DNA of 64,000 nucleotides from Nitrospirota bacterium (GTDB lineage Bacteria > Nitrospirota > Nitrospiria > Nitrospirales > Nitrospiraceae), in contig CAVPGK010000017.1 in NCBI GenBank assembly GCA_963703955.1, positions 224,001-288,000 on the forward strand, written 5' to 3'. A program made the translations under genes and the position numbers. Below are positions 1 to 9,368 of this stretch, in pieces (positions within the stretch are counted from its first letter, which is position 1; each line of letters starts with the position of its first letter). A model generated the notes under the pieces. That model was given only the letters and a program-made list of their open reading frames with translations. It made no database searches and had not been told where the DNA came from.

Positions 1-10
1 CCCCTCGCCG

Positions 11-589
11 TCAGTTCGAAGGCCGTTTCAAACTGTTCCGTGCAAAGGCCGCCTCTTTGGTGTCTGGAAATTGGACGACGACCAGTTCAAGAAGATGTCG
101 GGAACGCGTGATCTCTCCAAGCTTGGCAAAACTCAGTCCTTTCTTCATGAGCACTGAGGCGGTCAGCTTCGGATGCAGAGGATACTCCGAGAGGGCGTCA
201 TCAAAAGAGGTGATGGCATCCTTGTAGCGGCCTAATCTGAACTGACACTCGCCTAGCCAATATTTGGCGTTTGCGCTCACAGGAGAGCCTGGATGCAATG
301 TGAGAAAAAATCGGAATCCTGCTTCCGCCGCTTCATAGTCTTGACGGTGAAACTCTCCCATCACGTGATCATACAGGCGCCTCGCTGCGTCGTCTGCGGC
401 CATCGCAGCCATTCCGATCTCTGGTGCCACTGCTTTCGTCCAATTCTCCGTGATTGCAGTTGCAGTCACATCATCCATCGGTGTCGGGTCGGCATCTGGC
501 AATTGTCGTTTCACGGTGAACAAAATGAGGACACATGCCAACAGCAATGTCACCGCGAATACATTCCGCATAAGTTTGAGAACCTTCAC
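11..589 (-). CDS. CpoB/YbgF-like TPR protein with N-terminal membrane anchor
   Basis: Hydrophobic N-terminus; TPR repeats (LYDHVMGEF...AKYWLGECQFRLGRYKDAITSF...QFPDTKEA) typical of the YbgF C-terminal domain; paralog at 14648-15091. Confidence 0.8.
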   Translation of the reverse strand: MKVLKLMRNVFAVTLLLACVLILFTVKRQLPDADPTPMDDVTATAITENWTKAVAPEIGMAAMAADDAARRLYDHVMGEFHRQDYEAAEAGFRFFLTLHPGSPVSANAKYWLGECQFRLGRYKDAITSFDDALSEYPLHPKLTASVLMKKGLSFAKLGEITRSRHLLELVVVQFPDTKEAAFARNSLKRPSN

Positions 590-878
590 AAGTTATCCCT
601 CAAGGGTCCACGGTTTGGCATGAAGATACACGTTAGCAGTTTGGAGTGTCCTCGGCCTTCCTGCCATCGTGCTTATGCCGTACGACTGTAGTCTTACTAG
701 CTTAAGCAATTGGATCGGTTTGAAGTAATTGGGCAGGAAGCCGAGTGTCATGAAACCTTCGCAGTTTTGTGAAAATACCATCGGTACGGGAGACGAGCAG
801 CAAATCGACGCTACTAAGATGGTTCATTGCCAGCTGATCCAAACTTGCTGATTCCCCGCTCTCTGGTAGCCTTTGTGG

Positions 879-1958
879 ATGCCAAACTGGCTTTCACGGT
901 GGTGTTCCTCCTTCACTCATCGGCGCCTCGTCTTACTCTTGCTGCTGAGCGCGGTGGTGTCATTTGGGATTGGTCTGGGCTTTTTGGTCCTAAAGAGAAA
1001 CACCTCAAGCGATGCAAACGGATTCAAGTTGATCGGCGCGCTCATCTCCTTTGCTGAGAACGAGCCCATACCTGAGGAAGATCAACCGGAGCAACTCGTC
1101 ATTCTTCCCGAGATGCAGCGGGAAGGCCAACACTATTTTCTCAGTTCTTTCAAGGTCCCAGAAACGTTAACCTTTGCTGCACAACCGGTTCCCATCGACA
1201 ATTGGCAAGTGAGAGAGCGCATCGAGTATGAGTTTTACCAATTCTTGGCCGAGCAAGGAGAGGCGATCATTCTTGCCAAGCGCACCGGACGCTGCTTTCC
1301 ACCTGTCGAAAAGCAACTAGCGGATGCCGGCCTACCAGACGATCTGAAATATGTCCTCCTGGTCGAGAGCAAGTGCATTGCTGTAGCCTACTCGCGGGCC
1401 AGGGCCTCGGGGCCGTGGCAATTCATCAACGGGACGGGCAAATACTACAAGCTGAATACGACACCGTGGCGGGATGATCGGCGTAATTTGGATCTATCTA
1501 CGGAGGCGGCTATCAAGTACCTGCGATCGCTCAAGGGCGAAATGGGCGACTGGTTTTTGGCATTGTCCGCGTATAACGCTGGACCTGAGCGCATCAGAAA
1601 GCTTATGCGGCAACAGCAAGTCAGCGATTATTGGAGGCTGCAGGCCGTCCGCGAAACGATGCGCTATGTGCCGAGGATCATTGCTGCGAAGGAAATCTAT
1701 TCTCAGCCTGAGAAATATCTGGGCTTGACAAAAAAAGACCTGTACACGCCGCTGGAAACCAAGATTGTCACCGTCCGTGTTTCCGAATCCCAGCGGGACC
1801 TGGCTGCCATCGCTCAAGAATTTGGGTCCTACTATCTCGAATTGAAGCTCTTGAACCCAGAAATTACCAAACAATATTTGCCACGGGGCACGCATTTGAT
1901 CAAGGTTCCCAAGAACTCCTGCGCGTTGGGTTGTATCAAACACGACAATGTCTCATAG
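879..1958 (+). CDS. Lytic transglycosylase (SLT/MltD-like) with N-terminal TM
   Basis: Motifs LLVES (catalytic Glu), ASGPWQF, ALSAYNAG, ETMRYVPRI; degenerate LysM-like C-terminus. Confidence 0.9.
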   Translation: MPNWLSRWCSSFTHRRLVLLLLLSAVVSFGIGLGFLVLKRNTSSDANGFKLIGALISFAENEPIPEEDQPEQLVILPEMQREGQHYFLSSFKVPETLTFAAQPVPIDNWQVRERIEYEFYQFLAEQGEAIILAKRTGRCFPPVEKQLADAGLPDDLKYVLLVESKCIAVAYSRARASGPWQFINGTGKYYKLNTTPWRDDRRNLDLSTEAAIKYLRSLKGEMGDWFLALSAYNAGPERIRKLMRQQQVSDYWRLQAVRETMRYVPRIIAAKEIYSQPEKYLGLTKKDLYTPLETKIVTVRVSESQRDLAAIAQEFGSYYLELKLLNPEITKQYLPRGTHLIKVPKNSCALGCIKHDNVS

Positions 1959-2096
1959 ATAGAAAGAGGCAGGTTGCAGGTGATTGATGGTGGATCTTTC
2001 CGTTAGGTATCGCTGCCTTTAGGCTTATGAAGCGTATGAATACGTAGTTACTTGACTCGTTGCTTGCCGACCATTGAATTTGGTAAACTGTGAGAA

Positions 2097-2939
2097 ATGG
2101 CTAGAAAGCTTCAGTCGGCGGCGATCTCGTTTGGCCTGGTCACCATCCCTGTCAATCTCTACACGGCTCTCGATGAGCAAGACATTCATTTCAACCAAAT
2201 TCACGACAAATGTGGCAGTCGTATCAAGCAACAACTGTACTGCCCGGTCTGCGAACGGGTCGTCGAACGGAGCGAACTCGTCAAGGGTTATGAGGTGGCA
2301 AAAGGGCAATATGTCAAGATTAGCCAGGAAGATCTGGACAAGCTAGAAGCGTCCGCCGGCGACACCATCGACATCGTCCAATTCGTTCCATTGAGCTCGG
2401 TGGATCCCATCTATTTTGAGAACACCTATTTCCTCGGTCCTGACAAACGTGGCGATAAGCCCTACGCCCTCTTGACGAATGCGTTGGAGAAAACCCAAAA
2501 AGTCGCGCTGGCTAAGTTTGTCTGGCGTGGAAAAGAGAACTTGGTGCTTGTTCGACCCGCCCAAGGCGGCTTGATGCTCCATAAGATGTATTACTCAGAT
2601 GAGGTTCGCGACTTCCAGGAAATTCCTAAAGGTGAGGCGACCATCAGTGGTCAGGAAATGGAGCTCGCGATCACCTTAATTGACCAGCTCTCTCAATCCG
2701 ACTTCGATCCGACCGCGTTTCAAGATGAGTATCGGGACCGCGTCGTCGACATGATTAACAAGAAGGCGGCGGGTGAGAAGATCGCTGTCGAGCCATTCCA
2801 GAAAACCGCTCCAGTCGTTGACATCATGGAAGCCCTTCGAGCCAGCCTCGGCAAAACGAAAAAGGACACGAAGAAAGGCCCTGTCCCATCTCGCGCTGAA
2901 CGGATCCCCGCCAAAAGAGCACATGCTGGCAGGAGATGA
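2097..2939 (+). CDS. ku: Ku protein (NHEJ DNA end-binding)
   Basis: ISFGLVTIPVNLY, ELVKGYEV, VDPIYFENTYFL, VVDIMEALRASL plus basic tail. Confidence 0.95.
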   Translation: MARKLQSAAISFGLVTIPVNLYTALDEQDIHFNQIHDKCGSRIKQQLYCPVCERVVERSELVKGYEVAKGQYVKISQEDLDKLEASAGDTIDIVQFVPLSSVDPIYFENTYFLGPDKRGDKPYALLTNALEKTQKVALAKFVWRGKENLVLVRPAQGGLMLHKMYYSDEVRDFQEIPKGEATISGQEMELAITLIDQLSQSDFDPTAFQDEYRDRVVDMINKKAAGEKIAVEPFQKTAPVVDIMEALRASLGKTKKDTKKGPVPSRAERIPAKRAHAGRR

Positions 2940-3769
2940 TCGAGTACTACACGACGCCTGAAGTCCTCCGCATCTTAAAAACTCCCGAACAAACGTTTCA
3001 AACTTGCCTGAAGGCCGCCTTGTATCGAACGGGTGTGCGGAGCCGCCCCCGGCGCTTTTCGTTTCATGACCTGATCGTCCTTCGGACCGCCAAAGGGCTG
3101 TGTGACGCCGGTATCCCGGTGCCACAGATTCGGCGAGTTCTGAAGTCACTCAAGCAGCAACTGACGCCTGAGCAAGAATTGGCCAACCTGAAGATCTATG
3201 CCGATGGCAAGCGGGTCGTGGTCGTCGATGGCGCTCAGCGATGGCAACCGGACTCAGGACAGTTTCTACTTAATTTCGGTGCGCAAGAGCTTCACGTTCG
3301 TAGCCTGCCGACGGTACTTCAGAAGACAACGGTCGGCGATCAGCTCACGGCTCAGGACTGGTTCGAAAGGGCACTCAGATTGGAAGAGGAGTCTGTAGAT
3401 CAAGCGCGCCTGGCGTACCGAGAGGCGCTGAAGTTAGATGCAACCATGGTTGATGCCCATATTAACCTTGGATTTCTGCACCATCAGGCCGGTGAATTGG
3501 ACGACGCAGAGCAACACTATCGGGAAGCCTGCCGGTGGGTGCCTGAGCAGGTCCTGGGATATTTCAATTTGGCCGTCTTGTATGAAGATAAGGGAGATCG
3601 GCGATCCGCCATCGCCGCATACCAACAGGTGCTAGAACGCGACGCGAACTATGGGGATGCCCACCATAATCTGGCCCGGCTGTACGAGGCTGAAGGCCAA
3701 CGTACAGATGCTATCCGACATTATGCCGCGGCGAAAAGACTGCTGAAATCTCCGAGCAAGCAAGGGTAG
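2936..3769 (+). CDS. MerR-type HTH + TPR repeat protein
   Basis: FSFHDLIVLRTAKGL HTH-like N-terminus; C-terminal TPRs (AHINLG, YFNLA, AHHNLA); ATGA overlap with ku. Confidence 0.8.
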   Translation: MIEYYTTPEVLRILKTPEQTFQTCLKAALYRTGVRSRPRRFSFHDLIVLRTAKGLCDAGIPVPQIRRVLKSLKQQLTPEQELANLKIYADGKRVVVVDGAQRWQPDSGQFLLNFGAQELHVRSLPTVLQKTTVGDQLTAQDWFERALRLEEESVDQARLAYREALKLDATMVDAHINLGFLHHQAGELDDAEQHYREACRWVPEQVLGYFNLAVLYEDKGDRRSAIAAYQQVLERDANYGDAHHNLARLYEAEGQRTDAIRHYAAAKRLLKSPSKQG

Positions 3770-3915
3770 CACTCACTTCCTGTGCATTAATCCTCGTAAA
3801 GCATCAAAGAAGGTCATTGAATCCATAGTGGCCGACGTTCGAGTGCTTAAGCGACAAGACTCGGCGATAGTCTTGTTAAAAGGCTGGTTGGCGGAGGTGC
3901 GGGAGGGCGCTGCGT

Positions 3916-3940
3916 GGGGGCCTTGTACTTTTAGGCCCCC
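3916..3940. terminator. Hairpin between convergent genes
   Basis: GGGGGCCT-loop-AGGCCCCC. Confidence 0.5.
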
Positions 3941-4029
3941 GGTTCTTCTCATTTCTCTGGGATAGAGAATCTAGAGATAGCACAGACCTGCTGTGCGGTG
4001 GAGGTGAGTCACAGAGTGCTTCTTATGAT

Positions 4030-4356
4030 CTAACCGTTCCTTTTTTTGATCCGCCACAAACCCAAACCGGTGAGTCCCGACGCAACCAGAAGAATCGTTG
4101 ACGGCTCTGGAGCAGTCGTCGGCGGTGGAACGTGACCGTTCGTCCCAGTGTAGCCGTTATTACCATTGGTCCCATTATCATTTCCGTTTTCCAGCAGGAC
4201 AGGACCGTTTGTGAGCAATGATTCGGTGGTGCCTCCTCCACTATTATTATTCTGAAGAGGGAACCAGTGATCGCGGCTGAAGAAAGCCTGCGCCTGCCAC
4301 ACGAGGCCCAAGGTAATAAGTAATCCAGCGAGAGCCGACACGGCAACCTTTCTCAT
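4030..4356 (-). CDS. Small PEP-CTERM sorting-signal protein
   Basis: Signal peptide (VWQAQA), N/G/T-rich body, APEPSTILLVASGLTGLGLWRIKKRNG tail; AAGGAGGAGG RBS before ATG 4356. Confidence 0.9.
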   Translation of the reverse strand: MRKVAVSALAGLLITLGLVWQAQAFFSRDHWFPLQNNNSGGGTTESLLTNGPVLLENGNDNGTNGNNGYTGTNGHVPPPTTAPEPSTILLVASGLTGLGLWRIKKRNG

Positions 4357-4800
4357 TGTGCCTCCTCCTTTCCTATCCACCGTTCATGTCCAACGACTCT
4401 GTCACCTTCTTAAGAGAGCGGCGAATTGCGTTGTGTGAGTCACAATAATGAATATCCGGCCGGCTTGAACAGACTACAGAAGCAGCACAGACCAAAGTCC
4501 GTATCCATCCGAGTGTAATTTCTTCGGCACGCTTCTCTAGCCATAGGGGACGTTCACCTTTCACAACGATGATGGTGCCCTTGGAACTCACAATATGACT
4601 GTCTAGTTGCCGTGAGCATGCTACGGAAGTATGACGAATAAGGGACGTCCGAGTGCTCCCAGAACCAGATCCCGGTCAGCCCTTCGACCTACCACAGGAA
4701 TCGATCATGGAGGACTCAAAACCTCTCTGAAAGTCCCCGTCGACTGAACAGAACCTAGCAAGCATTGCCGACTTGAAAACTGAGATGAGCATTGCCTTTC

Positions 4801-4828
4801 TTGACAGTGTGTCGCGAAATGATACCTT
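4801..4828 (+). promoter_or_regulatory. sigma70-type promoter
   Basis: TTGACA-16-TACCTT with TGn extension, upstream of OMP gene. Confidence 0.5.
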
Positions 4829-4853
4829 TTCGTAGGTACCCACTAGTCTCAAC

Positions 4854-5603
4854 ATGAAGGGGGATGGAATGGATATCAGGAGCGGATCGCGGCTCGTTTC
4901 GTTGGGAGTTCTAACTATGAGTGTGCTCGCGATGCCATTGGTCTCGTCAGCAGAATGGAATGCCGATATTTACGGCGGCGGTGCGTTCACAAACAACTTC
5001 ACCGTCAGTCAAGCGAGTAGCCTTGGTGCGACGATAACGGGGGACGTGAAGGTTGATTCCTCCTTCACGGTTGGCGGTCGCGTCGGGTATTGGTTTGAGC
5101 GCGTGCCTTGGCTAGGAATGGGCTTGGATGTTTTCTATTTTGAGCCGAACATCCCTACACAAAACATCACCGCCACAGCGACTGGGTTTGGCGGCAGTAT
5201 AACCGGTCCGGCGGAATGGAGGGAGACTTCGGTTTCTGTTGTTGGAATTGGGTTCGACGTTCTCAGAGCGAGAATGTCATTACTGAAGAGTAAAGAATTT
5301 CCTCGTGGGCGACTCCAGCCCTATATGACGGCCGGCCCAGCGCTGTTCCTAACAAAACTCAAAGACACCGATGCCTTTGCCCCGCCTAATCAGAGTCAGA
5401 GTGACACGTCGGTTGGCGTCAAGGTAGGCGCCGGGGTAGCCTTCCAGATCACCAAGGCACTCGCTCTGTTTGCGGAATATCGGTTTACCCACTTCACGGC
5501 CGATGCGACGTTCCAAGATGCCACACCACCACCTTCGCAGGAGACGGTCAAGGCAACCTTTGATACTAACCATGCCGTTGCTGGCATTTCGTTTCGTTTT
5601 TAG
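4854..5603 (+). CDS. Outer-membrane beta-barrel protein (OMP_b-brl family)
   Basis: Signal peptide, alternating beta strands, LQPYMTAG, FAEYRFTH, C-terminal FRF BAM signal. Confidence 0.85.
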   Translation: MKGDGMDIRSGSRLVSLGVLTMSVLAMPLVSSAEWNADIYGGGAFTNNFTVSQASSLGATITGDVKVDSSFTVGGRVGYWFERVPWLGMGLDVFYFEPNIPTQNITATATGFGGSITGPAEWRETSVSVVGIGFDVLRARMSLLKSKEFPRGRLQPYMTAGPALFLTKLKDTDAFAPPNQSQSDTSVGVKVGAGVAFQITKALALFAEYRFTHFTADATFQDATPPPSQETVKATFDTNHAVAGISFRF

Positions 5604-5640
5604 CTAACCGGCCACGAGTATATCTGCATGGCCAAGACGA

Positions 5641-5673
5641 GGGAGAGACCGGATGCAAGCAGTCGGTCTCTCC
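5641..5673. terminator. Hairpin downstream of OMP gene
   Basis: GGGAGAGACCG...CGGTCTCTCCC. Confidence 0.5.
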
Positions 5674-6136
5674 CGCCTGATCCTCCAGACCAGAAGCGAT
5701 CGATAAACCCGCTGCACCTTCACCTCCTTCCTTCCCGAAAAACCAGGATCGATTGACCTGATTCTTATCCCATCATCCCTTGTCGTGCTAGTGATCCCTG
5801 CTCGGCGCGAGGGGTTTTCCCTTTCAGCAGACATCTGAAACATTCTGCACGATATGAAGGTCCGCTGTCTCGCGAGGCCGGATTCAACCACTGTCCGGAA
5901 GCCCCAGAGTGTCGTCAAACTGGATAGTAAAGCTTGTGCGGGGGAAGTCTTCAGGAGGCAACCTAACCTTAATCTTCACCGGCCGGTTACACATCCAGAC
6001 ATTTTCAGACTAGTGGACTGTAACGAATAATTCGGTAGTGTTCGATTCTGCATATACAAATAGAAGCCACACGCGTGAAGTGAAGTACGCTAATCCCCGG
6101 CATCGCGTTTACTCTCGATTTTGTCGTTACAGTCCC

Positions 6137-6361
6137 CTAGTTAGGCTTCGTCAAGCCTGACCCAGGTGGTTCGCCTGATGGAGTGTCTGTGACGTGAGCT
6201 GGGGGGATTGCTCCAGGCACAAGGGAGCCCTCGCCCTGTTGACGTCCATCAAGACTGGGTGGCACGGCGGCTCCGGGTTGACGGAGCGGCGGCTCGGCAC
6301 AGCCAATCAGCACCATGATAAGAGCCGCCAGTGTCATGTAGGTGCAGGCGCCTATTCTCAT
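6137..6361 (-). CDS. Small Pro/Gly-rich lipoprotein
   Basis: Lipobox LIGC, AGGAG RBS. Confidence 0.6.
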   Translation of the reverse strand: MRIGACTYMTLAALIMVLIGCAEPPLRQPGAAVPPSLDGRQQGEGSLVPGAIPPAHVTDTPSGEPPGSGLTKPN

Positions 6362-6631
6362 TTCGTTCTCCTGTATCGGGATGGTCGAGATTTCTAGCTG
6401 ACAGTCGATCGAACCATATTACTGTCCTTTCACCACCGGCGCTAGTGGCTGTCAACGTCCCCAGTCTTCAAGGCTCTCCATGTTTTATTATTTCATTTCT
6501 GGGGACAACTTGTTCTGTCTTTCTGGGAAGAAACTGTCCATATCGACGATTGGAACTCACACTGGTTGCTGTTGTGTGTGTCTCCCCTTAGAAATCAATA
6601 GCTTTGATTTTGAGTCTTGAAGAGAAGCTGA

Positions 6632-6647
6632 CGGCCCGTCAATTGCT
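6632..6647 (+). promoter_or_regulatory. sigma54 (-24/-12) promoter
   Basis: CGGCCCGTCAATTGCT, GG-N10-GC; IHF-like AATCAATAGCTTT upstream. Confidence 0.6.
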
Positions 6648-6696
6648 AAGGTGTGAGCGTTTCTCCATGCGACCCACCTGATAAGGAGGTGGCATT

Positions 6697-6957
6697 GTGC
6701 AAAAGAAAGATGTCTCCCAGCGATTTTCACGATGGATCATACCGTTCGTGGGTATGCTTGCTGCGCTTCTCGTGGGTTGTGCCGGAGATAGCGGTTCGAG
6801 ACGATCCTCAGACAGTGACGGGCATGGAAGGCCCTCTCTCGATGAACGGCGCTATCAGCAGCGGGCATACGGTCCATGGGATATGCCGAACGCAGGGGCA
6901 CAACCTGGACCACCGACTTGGTACGGGTGCCCGCAACAGGCGTCGAATTGCTATTGA
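6697..6957 (+). CDS. Small lipoprotein
   Basis: Lipobox LVGC, AAGGAGG RBS, C-terminal YGCPQQASNCY. Confidence 0.7.
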   Translation: MQKKDVSQRFSRWIIPFVGMLAALLVGCAGDSGSRRSSDSDGHGRPSLDERRYQQRAYGPWDMPNAGAQPGPPTWYGCPQQASNCY

Positions 6958-7211
6958 TAGCGCCGCCAGTTCGTTGGATTGTGAGTAGGCCGCCTTCAGC
7001 AGGTCATCGGTTCTTCCTGCTTTCTGGTGACAACTTGTTCCTGCGTGGAACGAGTTGTCCCTCGAGGAGGCTTTCAATTTCGTGAGATGAAATCCAAAAC
7101 TAGCGCCGTCTCCGCCTGACTGTCCATAACCTGCCTAAGTATCAAATCGTTTCGTACATCTCAGGAAGTGATGGTCCAGCCATGACTAGGAAACGAATTC
7201 TCCAATTCAAT

Positions 7212-7227
7212 AGGCGTATCATTTGCA
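7212..7227 (+). promoter_or_regulatory. sigma54 promoter
   Basis: AGGCGTATCATTTGCA, GG-N10-GC. Confidence 0.6.
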
Positions 7228-7303
7228 CGGTGAAGGAGGGATGCAGTGCGTCGCTTGCACCGGATTCGGCAGGTACACATCAATGTGAGGAGGTTAGTAC
7301 CCC

Positions 7304-7537
7304 ATGGACCTTCGCGATTTGAAACGGAAACGACCTGAAGATCTCACAAGGCGCGAGCAGGAAATTCTTCAGCTCATATGGTCGGGGCTCAAGAATAAGG
7401 AGATTGCGCCACGCCTAAACATCAGCGTGAAGACGGTTGAGGCCCATCGCTCTGCCATCATGAAAAAGGTTCGAGTCACCAATACCGCTCAACTACTAAA
7501 GGCGGCTATTCAAGGGCAGATGATCCGGGTCGGGTAA
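7304..7537 (+). CDS. Stand-alone LuxR/GerE-type HTH regulator
   Basis: LTRREQEILQLIWSGLKNKEIA...ISVKTVEAHR; no receiver domain. Confidence 0.92.
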   Translation: MDLRDLKRKRPEDLTRREQEILQLIWSGLKNKEIAPRLNISVKTVEAHRSAIMKKVRVTNTAQLLKAAIQGQMIRVG

Positions 7538-7618
7538 TTGCCCTTTGGGGAAACCTTGCCGCTGTGACCTTGCCGAATAAGACCTAGCGTCTACCCCCGG
7601 TTGACATCAACCTGTCAG

Positions 7619-8179
7619 TCAGCGAAGAACCGTTTCCTCTCTCGGATTCATGGCGAGATAGTCGTTGATAAAGGCTTGAACGAAATCGCTTACATCCTCC
7701 CGGATGGTATCGAGGTGTTCGGCCGTGGTGGTTCCCGCCACTTGCGCTGACCAGGTCGGGGCAAACGTTGCGATGGTGGGATGTCTGGTCAGCCGAACTG
7801 TTTGGTTTAAACTGAGCTCAATGGCATACGAGTAGATCGACCTGGTCTTCACCGTGTTGATGCTGACATAGAGGTAGGCATGCCCGGGCTGAGTGCGCCG
7901 TTCTTCATGGGTGAGTACACGGATTCCCGCTCCACCTAACTGCGATTCCACGTACTTCTTCAATTGGCTGGTCGAGAGCCCATCCCGCTCGGCGTCCGCT
8001 GGGATTTGCTCTACAACGACCTCGACACCGGTGAGATCTCTAAGGGTTTCTCGCTTCCGTTCGCCTGTCAGAATGACTGTCGATGGGGTGATCGAAAAGG
8101 CGAGATAGGGACTCCACAGGCCCAGCCATGCCGTCACGGCCAGCAATAAGAGTTTCGGTTCCAAGAAACGAGGTGTCAT
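7619..8179 (-). CDS. Hypothetical exported protein
   Basis: Signal-peptide-like N-terminus, globular alpha/beta body; start uncertain (8179 or 8230). Confidence 0.65.
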   Translation of the reverse strand: MTPRFLEPKLLLLAVTAWLGLWSPYLAFSITPSTVILTGERKRETLRDLTGVEVVVEQIPADAERDGLSTSQLKKYVESQLGGAGIRVLTHEERRTQPGHAYLYVSINTVKTRSIYSYAIELSLNQTVRLTRHPTIATFAPTWSAQVAGTTTAEHLDTIREDVSDFVQAFINDYLAMNPREETVLR

Positions 8180-8369
8180 GAATGGTGATAGATGCAGCGG
8201 CCGCGGATCATCAACGGCCTCTTTTATCACAGTTGTAGTACGGGCTTCAATCTTTCAGCAGCAACCCAATGAGCATGCCAATAATCCCGTCTCGGACGCA
8301 GGGACTCACCTGGCTCTCTCGGTGTGATACAGTATCAGCACACCAGAGAATTCACACCCAAGGAGGCCC

Positions 8370-9368
8370 ATGCGAGTGCTTGTGACCGGAGGAGCAGGTT
8401 ATATCGGAAGTGTCGTAACGGAAGAGCTGATCGGCGAAGGTCATAACGTCGTAGTTTACGACAACCTCTCCAAAGGGCATCGGGACGCCGTCAGCGATGG
8501 CGCTCTGTTTGTCCAAGCGGATCTGCTGGACGGTTCGACCTTACGCCGAACGTTGAGCGAACACGAGATAGAGGGTGTCGTGCACATGGCAGCGGACTCG
8601 CTGGTCGGTGAATCCATGCTGGACCCGGCGAAATACTACCGGGGCAACGTCCAGGCCGGACTCACCCTTCTGAATGCAATGCGAGATGCCAGCGTTCGGA
8701 GTTTGGTTTTTTCCTCGACAGCAGCGGTGTACGGGGAGCCGGACAAGCAGCCGATTGTAGAAACTGATCCCGCCTTCCCGACCAATCCCTATGGCGAGAG
8801 CAAACTGGCGTTCGAGCGAGCATTGCGCTGGTATGATCAGGCCTACGGCCTCCACTCCGTCATCCTGCGCTATTTCAATGCGGCCGGTGCGACTGCTCGA
8901 AACGGCGAGCGGCATGATCCTGAAACCCATCTCATTCCACTGATCTTGGACGCATCGGTGACCGGACGAGCCGTCACCGTATTCGGAGACGACTATCCGA
9001 CGAAGGACGGTACCTGCATCCGGGACTACATTCACGTGCAGGACCTAGCGAGGGCGCATGTATTAGCCCTTAACACCCTGGCGGCATCTGAAGCACGCTG
9101 CGTCGTCTTCAATCTCGGTTGTGGTGGAGACGGGTACACGGTGCGAGAGGTCATCGATGTTGCGAAACGGGTAACGGGTCGAGACATTTCGGTCAAGGTG
9201 GGGCCACGCCGTCCGGGAGATCCGGCCGCCCTCATCGCCTCTTCCGATCGCATTACGAAAGAGCTGGGTTGGCGTCCGATCCGGCAAGATCTTCACACCA
9301 TCATGGATTCGGCGTGGCGTTGGATGCAGAAACGGACCCCACCGGGATCAGCTTCGTCCGGTCCATGA
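8370..9368 (+). CDS. galE: UDP-glucose 4-epimerase
   Basis: VTGGAGYIGS, FSSTAAVYG, YGESK, LRYFNAAGA, DGTCIRDYIHV. Confidence 0.95.
   Translation: MRVLVTGGAGYIGSVVTEELIGEGHNVVVYDNLSKGHRDAVSDGALFVQADLLDGSTLRRTLSEHEIEGVVHMAADSLVGESMLDPAKYYRGNVQAGLTLLNAMRDASVRSLVFSSTAAVYGEPDKQPIVETDPAFPTNPYGESKLAFERALRWYDQAYGLHSVILRYFNAAGATARNGERHDPETHLIPLILDASVTGRAVTVFGDDYPTKDGTCIRDYIHVQDLARAHVLALNTLAASEARCVVFNLGCGGDGYTVREVIDVAKRVTGRDISVKVGPRRPGDPAALIASSDRITKELGWRPIRQDLHTIMDSAWRWMQKRTPPGSASSGP

Noticed and set aside
9119..9364. N-terminal extension of NDH-2
   Set aside because: Overlaps galE; ATG 9365 is coupled to the galE stop and starts just before the FAD motif
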